From assembly GCF_009914755.1 (NCBI RefSeq), contig NC_060939.1: a stretch of DNA of 64,000 nt; one strand, 5' to 3'. Of the stretch, positions 13,401 to 26,602 are shown piece after piece. Made by a program: the position numbers and the translations under genes. The DNA comes from the human T2T-CHM13v2.0 reference genome, Homo sapiens. The stretch's first letter is position 1, and every line of letters begins with the position of its first letter. The notes beneath the pieces were generated by a model, which saw only the letters and a list, made by a program, of their open reading frames with translations, was not told the origin of the DNA and did no database searches.

Positions 13401-13886
13401 CTGGACAGACAGTGAGAAGGGCTCTTCACCAGCAGGAACCTACTGCTTTCCTTTAAGTAGATTCTTAAATGCACTCATGCTCCTATTGGCCATTCACATC
13501 TTCTTGTGAATTCGTTTTCCCGACAGTTATCTGAGGCCCTGTTGAAGGAGGAGGACTCTGACAGAGAAAGAGGAGAGTTCATTCGGCACAGGGACCAGGC
13601 TGGGGGGCTGGAGGAATCTCCAAAGGGCAGGTGCTGCAGGGTGTAGAACATGAATAGAATTGAGGGGCACAGAAAGTGGAGAAGGCTGGGGTCAAAGGTA
13701 AACTTGGCCAATCTCATGGCATTGTCTAGGGAAGGGAAAGGGGCTAACCCATCAGCCCTTTCTACATCTGTGTCCACTTTCCCTCCTTCAAGCCTAGGGA
13801 TGTGGGAGAACGGGTGGGCTGAGGACCCAAACCCAGGAGCTGTTGGCTCAGTGGGCAGAGGCCTCCTGACAAGGGTGGGGTCACAC

Positions 13887-14044
13887 CTGTGGGCATGGAT
13901 GAGGGCATTGAAGCCCAGCCCATCGCTCCAGCTTCGGGAGAAATCTGTAATGTTCACGTTGGTGTAGCTGGCTGTCTTCCGCTGGCACCAGACCAGCAGG
14001 GCTTCCTTGGTGGACAGCAGGGCTGCGCTGGCCCCAAACTCCTC
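13887..14044 (-). CDS. SPTBN5: SPTBN5 coding exon 4, start of CH2 ([21 protein letters not shown]...IHAHR)
   Basis: 158 nt; [13 protein letters not shown] motif. Confidence 0.96.
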
Positions 14045-14445
14045 CTGGCGGGACAGGGCAGCAGGGTCACCATGCGGGGATGGGGTGGGGAGGCAGAGAG
14101 CCTGCAGGCTGTGGGAGAGGCAGGCTGGCCACAGCAGGATCCTGCTCCTCCCTGGCCCGGGGCCAGTGTGACTCTCCTCTCTTCAGAGTATCTGATTTTG
14201 CCCAATTTCATCCACGGTGGGCAAGGATTGGGGGTGAGAGTGACTGGCCTTCCAAAGAAGTGGAGCAAGGGAAAAGCCGTCACTGCAGAGGTGCTGGCTT
14301 TGTGTCACCACAGGTGATCACACAGCAACAGCTCCCGTTTTTTGAGCCCTTCTGACGGGCCAGGTGCTGTGCTAACTGACCTAGGCTCATGGGATTGTGG
14401 CTGGGCTTCATGAAACTGGGTCCCGTCACTGCAGGCTTTCTGTGA

Positions 14446-14718
<273 letters not shown>

Positions 14719-15379
14719 CTCACTTCCTGTTTATAAACTCAAAATATCAAGGCTCAGCAGGCTGCACTTCCCCTGCCCTCTGGGCCCCAGAGCTTGGGTA
14801 GGAAGGACGTGCATGGTGCCCACATGAGGGGGAGTGGAGTCTCGAGGCCCTGGGCCCCAGCGAGGTCAGGCCCCAGTACCCTGCATGGTGGGGCCAGGCT
14901 GGCAGACGGAACTAAGGAAAATGCTGGGATGGCTTGTGAGGGATCGGGGCTAGCCTGAGCCCAAACATATCTGAGTCAGCAGGGAGCAGGGCTGGAGGGG
15001 GCTGCAGACAGACAGAGACGGTGCTGGTCAGGGAGGATGCCCACCTGCTGCTCCCAAGGGCCTGGGCTGCAGGGGACACCTGAAACTGGCCAGGGGCCTG
15101 AGGAGGTGAGTATGGCTTCCTGAAAGGGCTTGAGGTCAGTTAGAAATTCATCCGTCCCTTCAGCCTTCAAATAGATGCTCAGCCTGCAGACACACAAGAC
15201 CCCTGCTCTCCTGGGGCTCAGGCCCTGAGTTTCCAGGCCATCCTGGACTTCTGCCAGATCTCTGGCTTCTTTTCATGAGGGTTTCATTCTCCAGGTTGGC
15301 TTTCCTTACCTACTAGAATTGAGTTTTAGGTGGCATTTTGGAAATCATGAAACTATGAAAAAGTATAACTATAAGGACT

Positions 15380-15530
15380 CTTTCTTTTTTTTTTGAGACA
15401 CGGTCTCACTCTGTGACCCAGGCTGGAGTGTAGTGGTGTGATCTCGGCTCATCACACCCTCAGCATCCTGGGCTCAGGTTAGCTTCCCACCTGAGCCCTC
15501 CCGAGAGCTGGGACTACAGGCATGTGCCAC
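15380..15530 (-). mobile_element. Old Alu right-arm fragment
   Basis: T-tract plus GAGAC..GGTCTCACTCTG. Confidence 0.8.
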
Positions 15531-16047
15531 AAAGAGTTTATAGTCTTTCTGATCCAGTGTGGGGGAAAGAGGTGGAATGAAGGAAGCTGGGGACCATGAA
15601 AGAAATGCTGTATCTTTGGTGTGTAGGGTGCCAGGGACTTTGTAAACCTCCAGAGCTGGGACTCCCTCCACACATTTCATTTTTCCCAACAGTACATTGT
15701 GGTGTAATGGAAGTTACAGAGCCTCAGTGCCAAGTGGGGAGCACCACACAGGGGTGAAAGTGGGTGCTGGGCAGTGACCCTGAACCCCCCACTAGTGAAT
15801 GACTTGCCCAGACCTGGTTTGAAGCCCATGGCCCTGGCCCTCACTTTAGCATATTACAATGTTACAATATCTCTGGTATCCTGGGTTCTTCACCCATGGT
15901 TGGAGAGTGAATATGGACTTTGCAGTTTCCAGGATCTCCTATGGGGATCATAAAAGTTGTGTGGAACTTATGAATCCCCAGGGGTCTGAGGTGAGGCCAG
16001 GGCTGGGCTGGGTCACCAGGTGCTGGGTACTGGGGACTGAGCCATAC

Positions 16048-16164
16048 CTTGTCCAAGGAGATGTGGGAGATCTGGAAACGCAGAATGATGACCCAGATGA
16101 GTCCCAGGATGAGTGTCTGGTCTCCGTCCACGATGTTCTCTGGCCCGATGAGTGGTACTGGCAC
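16048..16164 (-). CDS. SPTBN5: SPTBN5 coding exon 3, CH1 ([32 protein letters not shown]...)
   Basis: 117 nt; actinin-type actin-binding signature. Confidence 0.96.
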
Positions 16165-17471
16165 CTGTGGGCACAGTTGGATGGGCTAAGCCATGAAGCC
16201 CATGTCCAGAGAGGACTCAGTCACCAAAAGCTTAGGGGGCCAGCTGCGGGATGGGAGCATCCTGGAATCTATCCTGCCCCAGCTGGGAGTTCCCTCAGGG
16301 AGAAGCAGGCAGGGGATAAGTCCAGGAAAGCAAAGGCTTCCTGCCTGGTTGGAGCCATGGCCTCAAGCCCACCTGGGTGAAGCCCCAACCTGGTGAACTG
16401 GGCTGGGCCCTCAGAGCAGGAGGACTCCCTGTGTGTGGGCTACAGGTAGACCTGGGCCAAGATCAGTGGTTCAGCTGCAGGGTTTGGAAATGAGGGGTCA
16501 TAACAGTCAATGTGTGAGCCCAACAGACAATAGCAACTGTCTGCCTCCATCTCCCAGGGTGTCCTGGGATCTTCAGGGGGTGGCTGGGTCCCTGGGCTCA
16601 CACCCAAATCTCAGCCCTCTTCTTCTGTTCCGGCTCCAACAGGGCCAGCTATAAATCCAGACTCCCAGGCTCCACCCAGTCAGACTGTCTTGGGCCAGAG
16701 CCTGGGAATTTGCACTTGAACAACACCTTGGGTGGCTCTTAGGTACACCAAAGTTGAGACTCCTCTGCCCTACATCCTGCCATTTGGACAGGGAGGATGG
16801 GTGAGTCAAGGGGAGAAGCCCTGCAGGATCTGGCCCCCAGCCCCCTGTGGCTCCATCTTCCACCCTGTGGAATCACATAGCTCCAAGGCCCATGGGATTC
16901 TTATAGTTCCATGGGATTCTAAGCACAGGACTTCAGGCCTTTGCAGGGCCGTGCCTGCTGTCTGAAAGTATTCTCCCAGGTATCTGCATGGCTATTCACC
17001 TCCCTGCCTTTAACTCTTCACTCAGATGTTGCCTAGCCTGACCACTTTATTTAACACAGAAACTTAAGGACTATTTCTCCCACCCAAATACACACTCTCG
17101 ATCCCCTTGCCCTGCTCAAGTGAGGATCTTGGCTTTGTTTTCTGGTGTATCCTAGGGGAGTGGCACACAGCAGGCAATCGATCAGTAAGTACTGAATGGA
17201 GAAAGAAAAGGAGTGAGACTTTCCATAAGACCTGAAGGGCAACTGGCTTCAGCCGGCCACTACTAGCCCTGTGGGAGGAGCTGCAATCCTGGGTGTCCCC
17301 CTAGGTAAACTTTGGTATATCTGGCTGGCCTCTAAAGGATCCCACCCATGCTCCTGGGGTGGATTCCACCTGCCATGTCAATCACCTTGGCTTAGAGTTG
17401 GAGCCTCTGGTGAGTGGGGTGTTTGTCTGCTCCTCCCAGCTCCTGAGAGCCTATCCTCCTGACTTCCTATT

Positions 17472-17604
17472 GAGCGATGTCACGCTGGTGGCTTAAACTC
17501 ACCGTGATGGGGGTATTAACGCCATAGGATCAGCGAATACAGCACACTGGAGTTTTTATTTCCCCCAGAGAATCATTTGTTAAACGTTTACCAGCACACC
17601 GCTG
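17472..17604. mobile_element. hAT-type DNA transposon relic (MER63-like)
   Basis: Terminal TTTACCAGCACACCGCTG resembling hAT ends; family call from memory. Confidence 0.4.
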
Positions 17605-18851
17605 ATCTGGGTTCAATGAATCTGTCTCCCTTTGAAGCCAGGTGCCTTGAGGTGGGGGTCTGGGCTTTGCTTAGTGGAGCCCAGCGCCTGCATAGAATGC
17701 CCAGGGCATGGGAGCATCTCCATAAGCGAATGCATCCCTCATTCTGCCACACATTCCCTGTGTGTTTGCGGCAACTCCGTCATCCTTTCTAGACCACAGT
17801 TGCCTCCTATGTGTATGGAGACAAGGATGTCACCCTCACAGGTATCAGTGACATGCTGTATATTAAAGCTTGGGGAGAGCTGCAACACCTCTGACAAAGG
17901 CTGTGGGGCTTACACCCTTCCCCAGTTCCTGGAGGGGAGATGACTGGCTCACAGGGTCATTGTCCCTGGATCAACTAGGGCCCAGCATTCTGCAGCTGGC
18001 AGCGTTCTGCTCTTGCACCTGCTCAGGACAGCAGTCACTCCCATTCCCTTTGCTTGGGCTTCTCCCCTCCCTGGCTTTCCTCCAACACACCCCAGGAGGC
18101 TGGATGTAAGCTCCACTCCAGGATATAGTGATAGGCACGCACAGTCAGGCTCCATCCAGCCAGGCCCAGCTCAGTGACTTCACAGCCTCCAGGGACAGCC
18201 ACCTCCAGGAGCCCTTGGCCTTCACAGTTCCCGGTTTCCAATGATCCCTTTGCCCCACCCCACCCCTGCACCAGCCCCTCACCCTGGCCATGAGGGTCCC
18301 TCTGTCCCTGGAGCTCCGGCCTCCTTTTAGTGCCCATCTCCTTAGCCTGTCCCTTTCTTTCAGGTGACTCTGCCTCCCCCCATTTGCTGAGGCCTCCTCC
18401 CTCCTTCTCCAAGACAGGCCCTGCTCCTCTTCCCCACCTGCCGTCTTAGTCCCACATCTGGGCTCTGTTGGCCGGTTAACCATCGATCTTGCCTGGTAAA
18501 TAATTCAGGGCCTCTGTTTCCTCATCTGTGAAATGAAAAGCCTAAGAGAACGCCAAGATTCTTTTGGCCTAGAATCCTGTGAGTCTCTCTTATGACAGAC
18601 AGTGACATTTTCCACCCCAGTAGGGACCTGGATTGCTACTGCCATGGCCAGCTGGGTGCTCTCCAAGTCAGGGGTGCTGTGCGAGGAGGGCGTGGCTTCT
18701 GCTCCTCTGTGTCCCAGCCACTCCTCCTGTACTCAGGCCCCAGCTCCTCTGTTCTGCCCAGTGGCCTGGCGCAGGAAAGGTGACCCAGTAGTTCAGCCTG
18801 TCCCAGCTGCCTGCCCCAGCACCATCCCAGACCCCTTTCCCTGGGGCCCAC

Positions 18852-19019
18852 CTTGGCCCTGAGGAAGGCCAGAGCTCGGCTGCTGTTCTCCAGGAAGTGC
18901 ACACGCAGGCGGCCCCGGCTCGGGGGTGGCAGGGCCTCCCCTGAGATGAGCTCCAGCAGCCGCAGGAGGTGGATGCCGTCAGCCAGCTCTGTGTACAGGT
19001 TCCGGATCTTGATGCCCGC
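18852..19019 (-). CDS. SPTBN5: SPTBN5 coding exon 2, CH1 (AGIKIRNLYTELADGIHLLRLLELISG...FLRAK)
   Basis: 168 nt, GT-AG. Confidence 0.96.
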
Positions 19020-19239
19020 CTGGGGAGGGGACAGGGGTAAGTATGGGGTCAGCCCAGCCTCACCTGTCCTCCCATCCTGGGACCTGAGAGGTACGACCCA
19101 GAGCAGCTGCTTTGGAAGAAGGAGCTCTGGCCTCAGCTTGGCCTCAGGCAGATGACCCCACAGCTCACCCCGGAGGCCCACTGGCCAGAGCTGGGGGCGT
19201 GGTATGGGTGGGCTGTGGGTCACAGCTGGCTATACTCAC

Positions 19240-19455
19240 CTGGCCGCACTGGAAGACGTTATTGATCCACTTGGTGAAAGTCTTCTCCTGCATCTGCATG
19301 TGCCGGGCCTGTAGCTTGCGAATGTGGCCCGTCTCGTACTGAGAGTCCATGGTGAGACTTGGACTGGGCGGGACCCGGAGTTCTGTGCTGGGCCTCCTGC
19401 TGCGGTGCCCTGCAGCCCCGAGGAGCTCCCGGGGACTGTGGGGCTGACCAGCCAT
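19240..19455 (-). CDS. SPTBN5: SPTBN5 first coding exon (MAGQPHSPRELL...QEKTFTKWINNVFQCGQ); exon begins at acceptor 19504 with 49 nt of leader
   Basis: ATG at 19455-19453, CAG|GTGAGT donor, QxKTFTKW CH1 signature. Confidence 0.94.
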
Positions 19456-19774
19456 CAGCCCTGCAGACTTTGGGGATGAGGAGCTGCTGGATGGCTCCCT
19501 AAACCTGGAGGGCATGCAGATTAGGGGATGATGTGAATGGAGATGGCCCCTCTACCAGGGGCCTGGGGTCCCGCCTTGCCAGACTGTCCTCACATTTCAT
19601 GGGGGTTGCAGCTTGGAGCCCAGCCAGGTAAGGGCCAGTGCTTCTGGTCCCCTGTGCTTGAATGGCCCAGGGCCCCCTTTGCCCCACCCCACCTTCCAGA
19701 TTCTTCTTCTCAGAGCCCCTGCTGCCAGGTCCCTCCACCACAGTGACTGGGACAGGTGGAAGGAAGACAGGAAA

Positions 19775-19925
19775 CTGCTTACCTTGGTGATGCCTGGGTC
19801 CCACAGAGACGGCTCTGCTGGACGGATGGAGATGGTAGATAGCAGGGGCTGCTTACCTTGGTGATGCCTGGGTTCCACAGAGGCGGCCCAGCTGGACGGA
19901 TGGAGATGGCAGATAGCAGGGGCTG
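19775..19925 (-). repeat. 74-bp tandem duplication in the SPTBN5 5' leader; each unit ends in an AAG|GTAAGC splice donor
   Basis: Units start at 19775 and 19849 with a few substitutions. Confidence 0.92.
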
Positions 19926-21544
19926 TGGAGGGAGGGAGAGGGACATCAGGAGAGGCCAAGGCTGGAGCAGGGCTGCACCACAGCCCTCCCCTTGAGCCAG
20001 CGTGCTGGGGTGACGGCACACAGGCGGCATTGTCCTCCCACCTGCCACAGGGCGTGGCCCAGACAGGGAGGGGGTGGTTCAGGAATGCTCCAGGGCCATT
20101 GCCAGATGATGTCCTCCTTCATCATCCTCCCTTCCCCGCCAGCAACTTCTCCAACTCCAGGTGGGGGTCCTGGCTCCCAGGACGCAGAGGCCCATGGAGC
20201 GGCCCTGCCACCGCATGGGGTGCTGCAGTCTGCGTAGGAGGCACCAAAGGGCAGAGCCTCTGTGGGAAGCCTGTGGACGCACTTCCCAATCTGAGACTGC
20301 CCTCTGTACCCTCTTGGGGCCTCTCTGTGAGCACCCAGGGCGAGGGGATGAGGGAGCGTCCTGGGCCGTGGTCTTCTCATTCACCCCCAGGGAACAGCCC
20401 ATAGACTGAGGGCCTCACAGACCCTGGGCTTGGCTTTCCAGGCCCTGCCAGAGTGCAGCCTGCCTAGCCCGGGGCTGAAGGGTAGGCTCCCTGGAGGAAG
20501 GGGTGACCTGGAACTGCGAGGGCTGTGGAGTCTCCTCCAAAATTAGAGACACGGTGTTAACTCTGGGCTCCACAGAGCTGGCCGTGGCCCGGGGCTCGGA
20601 GGCAGGGGTGCAGAGGGAGCTGGTGGGCGCCCATCCCTTCCTCCCCGAGCAGCCGTGGACTACATGCCAGAGTGAAGGCGAGTTCTAATTCTGGGGGTCT
20701 CACCCGCCTCTGGCTAAACTCAGGGTAGCAGTGTGGGCTGGGGTGTGTGTGTGTGGGTGTCTTCCAGCGGCCCTGGAGCCTCTGAAGCGACAGCCCGCTC
20801 CTCAGGGAGGCGCTCCTGGCAGCCACAGCCCACAGCAGGACAGCCGCTCAGCGCGCCCTTGAGAGCTGGGCTAGGGATGAGTCACACTTGAACCGCCTGG
20901 GCCCACTGCAGGCAGTCAGGGGTGACGCTGAGAGGTGCCGTGGTCTCGGGTGGGGTGCGGCTTCCTGCGTCTGAGAGACGCTTCCTCTCCTGCTGTCCTC
21001 TCCCTGCCAGGCCCCTTCTGCAGCGGCTGGCTTCCAGACACCCTGCGTCCCTCCCTTGCTCGCAGCAGTTGCTGTGGCGGTCCTCCCGTGCACCCCCCCT
21101 TCTGCCCTCACTGCCCCTGGGGGTCCTCATCACGGACCCCCTAACTCGGCATCCTGGACACCACCACCCCGCACCTTTCCACAGTGCAGCTCTGCTCGTG
21201 CCTGTGAAGCCTCCCACAGCCTGGGAAGGAAAATCCAGACTTGCCAGACCTTGCCTCAGCCAGGCCTTGGAAGCCTGCCAGCTTACCTAACCAGGCTAGT
21301 CTGCCCCCCTCACTCTGGGTGCTCTCCATGGGCCACTCACCATTTCCTGAGCAGGACCAGAGCTCTCCTGCCCCAAGGCTGGGCTTCAGCTGCTCTTTCA
21401 GCTTTGAACGTCCTTTCCCACTCTCCATCATCCACATTCACCTATCCTGCCTGCCCCAGTTAAAATCCTGTTTCTTCTAGGAAGTCCCTCATCCCACCCG
21501 CTTACCCCAGGGAGACTGAGCTTGTTCCTTCTCCTAGTAAGACC

Positions 21545-21654
21545 CTCAGCCCATGGAGTCCTGTGTGATGTTGTGAGCGTGGGAGGACAGACTGAACTGC
21601 TCGGCCCGTGGAGTCCTGTGTGATGTTGTGAGCGGGGAGGACAGACTGAACTGC
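21545..21654. repeat. Two-copy ~55-bp tandem repeat
   Basis: TGGAGTCCTGTGTGATGTTGTGAGCG..GGAGGACAGACTGAACTGC twice. Confidence 0.9.
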
Positions 21655-21904
21655 GTGGTGCTTCGCACATAGACCTCAACAGGGATTGGCATTTTGAAGC
21701 TGTTGGCGGGGGCTGTGGACTGCTTTTCTTCCTTTCTAGCTCAACGGCAGCTAAAGCCACTGCATACAATGCAAGGACTGGCTCCTGTTTGGCCGCGACT
21801 GATTGCAGCCCCTGGTGAAATGAGAACCCTGTGGGTCGGAACAAAGTTTGGATTATTTATGTTGCAAGTAACTAAAATCTCAAGTGAAACTGGTTTAAAC
21901 ATTA

Positions 21905-22058
21905 TATTTTTATTATTTATTTATTTATATTTAATTCTTTTTTAGAGACAGGGTCTTCTTAGGTTGCCCAGGCTGGTCTTGAACTCCTGGCCTCAACGAT
22001 CTTCCCACTTCAGCCTCCTGCATTGCTGGGATTATAGGTGTGAGCCACCATGCCTGGC
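21905..22058 (-). mobile_element. FLAM/Alu monomer within a probable MLT1-type relic (~21860-22480)
   Basis: Single Alu arm with AT-rich tail. Confidence 0.8.
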
Positions 22059-24546
22059 TTACACAGTATAAAGGGAATGCATTGGCCCACACAGTGGAAA
22101 AAAATATCTAGTAGGAATAGGAAGGACTTCAGGTGAGGTTTGATCCAGCAGCTCAAATGTTGTCACCACAGGCCTGGATTCCTCTGGCCTTTCTCAAGGT
22201 CTCTTTCATTTTCATGCTCCACAAGATGGCTTCTGCCAGGCTGACCTCCCTCCCCTGACCCCAGCAGCTCTGGACACCCCTCTCAGTGCCATTTATATTG
22301 TTGCATCAGTAGGCTCATTTCTATATACTGCAAGGTTCAGAGAAGACAGAATATCTCTCTCAAGAGTTCTAACATAAGTCTGGGGGTCCTGGCTCTCATA
22401 GGCTTGAACAGGGCCACATGTCCATTCCTGAGCCAATATTTGTGACCAAGGGGATGTGGTCAATCTCATCCAAACCTCACTTGAAGTGAGGGTGGGAGGA
22501 GGAGTGCTCTGCAAGGAGACTGTAGGTCTGGACCACCAAAAAGGTAGATGGGTTGGTGGGAAAAGCCAGATGCCTACTATGGTAGTGGGCGGGGGGAGGG
22601 CACACTGGCAAGGTACAGCAAGAGGCAGGGGCAGTGCTGGACAGGCAGGGGCTCCTCCCTAGCACGACTGGAGAAAGGACTCCTGTGAAGCGGTCACCTC
22701 CATGAGTCCCTCCTGTCCTGGCTTCCAACCACTCTGAAGTGGGGCTTTTGTCCACAGACCTGGCCTCTGCTGCCTACCCTCTTCTGTCCCCACCTGATGG
22801 GGCCGCTTTCCTTCTGAAGCGGCTGCATTTTGGGTTTCTCTCCACAGGAAGAGTTGGGGCTCACAGGCACACCCTCTCCCTAACTCTTCTCCCCCGGTTC
22901 AACCTGGATCCAGGGATCCACACTCTGCTCCGAGAGGCCAGCACGCAGCCACTGGAAAATGAGCCAGTGGGAGAGGGCAGCTCCATGTTTATTGATCAGC
23001 AGACTATGTCTTTTTGTTTGAAACTTCTAAATAAGATTACAAAAAGAAAAAAAATAGAAGCATTGCGTATTAACTGCATTGGTTAACCAACATTGGAACC
23101 CAATACTCTTGTATTAGGCCCGCATTTACCTGAGTAAACTCAGTGGTTTTCTGTCCTAAGCATGCTTGCCTGCTACATCCCATGGAGAAAATAAACAGTG
23201 AAACACTTTCCTCATCTTCAAGGCAATTGTCTCAGGCATCCTCCAGGCATCATGAAGGAGGGTGAGCGAGGGTGCGAGGTGGAAAGGTCCAGGCCGCGGC
23301 TGTGACTCCCGCGGGTGAACCACAGCTCCACAGCCCCAAATCCAAAGATGCTCTTGCTGCAGCACGACAAGTGTTCAAAAGAGAACCAGGCCCAGCCCGG
23401 AGAAAGGAAAGCCAAAAGCCAACTGAATGAATGACCCTCCCCCAGAAGAGCAACCCTGCCCCCAGGCCATCCAAGTGCGGTGAGTTGAGAAATGAATTGA
23501 CAGACGCTGCAGGGCTGGAGCAGGAGGCGGAAGCAGGTTGGAAGGCTGTTGTGTGCCACCCCTCCCTGGGAGCTGGGGAGATTCCCAAGTCTTAGTGCAG
23601 TGTTTCTCTACAAACGGGGTCAGGAGACCCTCACTGGCAGGCTGACAACTTGGAAGCAGACTGTGGGAGCAATAGGCTGGAGTTTTCATTTTCCCTTTAA
23701 ACTCAAGACCGGAAGGTTTGTGTTATGCGATACCATATGCTGTGTAGAAAACAGGGCCTCAGCTTCTTAGATGTTGTAGTTCTAGAGTTTAGGTACTTCC
23801 ACCCTCTCTCCTATACATAAACACTCTGCGGAAGAGGTTCTTTGAAAATTGGGGTGGTGCAGGAAGGGCAACGGTGATGGTGAGCAGGCCCCAGGGTCGG
23901 CCCTGCCGCCCTGCCGTGTGGGGTAGGGAGACAGCTGGTGGTGTGGACACATTCATAGAACTTTGTACTGGTCCTGGGAAGATACAAGTCCTCACTTGGT
24001 CGCCATCCCTCATATTTTCTAGTGTTTTCTTTTCCAGTCAACTTTTCTTGATGAATGACTGCATGTAAGAGGATATTAAGAAAAGTGGCCAAATGATTTC
24101 CTTTTTTTTTCCTTTCTCTCCAAGAACATTACCAGGTGCCAGCAGGGAAAGGACTCCGCTGCCTGACGCCTCTCCCACCTGAGAGCGCAGAGGTAGGGAG
24201 ATCACAGTGCCTGAGAGGTTTTCCTCCACGGAGAAATCAGAGACCTCAACCTGCTGCCCTCTAAAGCAGCTTTCTGTATCCAGACAAAACTTACATATGT
24301 ACACGTTGTTTTAAAACGACATACTCATGTGACACACATGTATATAAATTCATGTTTATATATGACAATTGAGGAGAGTTAAAGAACAAGATAATTCTGG
24401 ATGGAAAAATCAGTTTGCCTGGGCATCTGTAAACCTTTGGGCAAGTGAATTCCCTCTTCTCTCTCAGTTCACCCTTTGGTGACCTCCACCGTGGCTGCAG
24501 ACTTCAGGTGGTCCTCACGCATTCACAGAACTGTCTGCTTAGGTTA

Positions 24547-24859
<313 letters not shown>

Positions 24860-26602
24860 TTAAGACTAAAAACCATGTTATGCATTTCCTGCTCTTAAAA
24901 CTAAATTATGTAGAAAGTAAGCTAGGGAGTGTAAGGGTAGGCATCTGGATATAAATGCTTCTCCCAAATCAAGATTTTCTCTTCAATCTGTGCCTTTGAC
25001 CCTGTCACCAAAGGCAGGTGACAGAAAAAAAAAATTATGTGCCTTTTGGAAGACTCAGTGGGACGGTTCTGATTTCATTCACTTCTGGTGCCAGCAGGCC
25101 CCCATACCATGTGGCCATTGCTGTTTCGTGTCTCTTCCTGCATAAATAATGCAGAGAGGCCATGCAGGTATGCAATTTTCTGGAGATGAGGCAGGGAGAT
25201 TTGCAAGGAAAAGTCACCTACCTCCCCAAGCTGGTGCCCACAGAGGGGGAGGCACCTCCACCTGACGCAGGTGTCTGAGCAGCAGTCCAGAGAGGTTTAC
25301 TCAGGGGATTTGGGGAGCGCACACTCTGGAGCAGAAGTACAGGTATGTGCCCGAATCCTGCCTCGTGATGGGCATTCATGATACGAACCACACAGCCTTT
25401 AAAGAAAAGGTTTTATATGAAAGGTTCCATTTTGTTTCTGTATAAAGGCTTTTATCCTGTAAGGAAAAAAAAAAAACACAAAACCCTAGACATAATAAAT
25501 GCCTGTTTTCTACAAAAACAATGTCTAACTCTGGGTGGACTGATCTCTTCTCAACAGCCCAGGGCAGGGCTGGTCCCTCATTCACCTGTGTCCACAGGGC
25601 CGAAGACACTGCACACACTAGGACAGGATTTGATTGAATTTAAATCCTGCCACCCACCAAGGAGACCTCGGGATATTTAATGTTTGAGGGCCACACTAAA
25701 CGATCACTGCAGAGAACCACCTCTTTTCTTTACTGTAGTTTAAGTATGATAAGTGGGCTTTGCTATTACTTATTGGAAAAACCAGTAAGAAAAGCTAATT
25801 TTCAGGCTTCAATGTGATTTGACATGCAAACGGGAAGTTTTGCCAGGGGTTAATAAAGGTTGTGAATTCCAAATTCCTAGCCGAATATGGCTTTGCTGGT
25901 AAGCCCCCTGGAAGGGAGGTTGGGAGGGCTGACCAGATGGTCATCGGGGCACTGGGATGGAGGCACGCTGGGGCCTGACTGCCTGCTCTGCTGGAGACTG
26001 CAGAATGGATGGCAGATCCACAGTGCATCCCCCTTCCAAACCCAGGAGGCATCTGTCGCCTTCTCTTTGGTAGACAGTCTGGAGACAGCAGAAACCCTCT
26101 GCTCTATTTTTTTGCCACTCTAAATATAGCAGAAAACAAAATAAAATAAATAAGATAATCTTTGCTGCCTCCAGGTGCCCTCTGAGGGACAGACAGCTGC
26201 TCCAGAGTTGTTCATGAGGACAAAAAGCCCAGGCAGCCTGGAGACCCAGCTGCTCTGGGTGAGCCTTAGCTCACTTCCTGTGGTTCCTGGGACTTACCAG
26301 GCCCACCCCCATGCGCATTTCTCCAGGCAGGTTCTGAGGACTCTTTGGACAATTTCTCTTTCTTCTCAACCCTTCAATCTCCTAATCCACCCCCCTACCC
26401 CCAATATTTTCATAGAAACTAAGGGAATTTTGGAGGTGAAAGAAGTCATCTAGTTTCCAGTGTCCACCCTCCCCATTCTACAGATGGGGAAACCAAGGCA
26501 CAGAGAGGGCAGTGCCTTGCCCAAGGTCATTCGGTGAGTCAGTGGTGGAGCAGGCCTGAGGCCCAGGTCCCCCAGTTCCCACCCCGTTCTGCAGCCCACC
26601 CC

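Noticed and set aside
19505-19515. In-frame ATG at 19515 (MPSRFREP...)
   Set aside because: Lies in the intron just upstream of the acceptor; relevant only if the intron is retained.
21565-21649. C/D'/C'/D box-like pattern (GTGATGT...CTGA twice over ~85 nt) resembling a snoRNA
   Set aside because: Explained by the 55-bp tandem duplication; no terminal stem and no plus-strand host intron evident.
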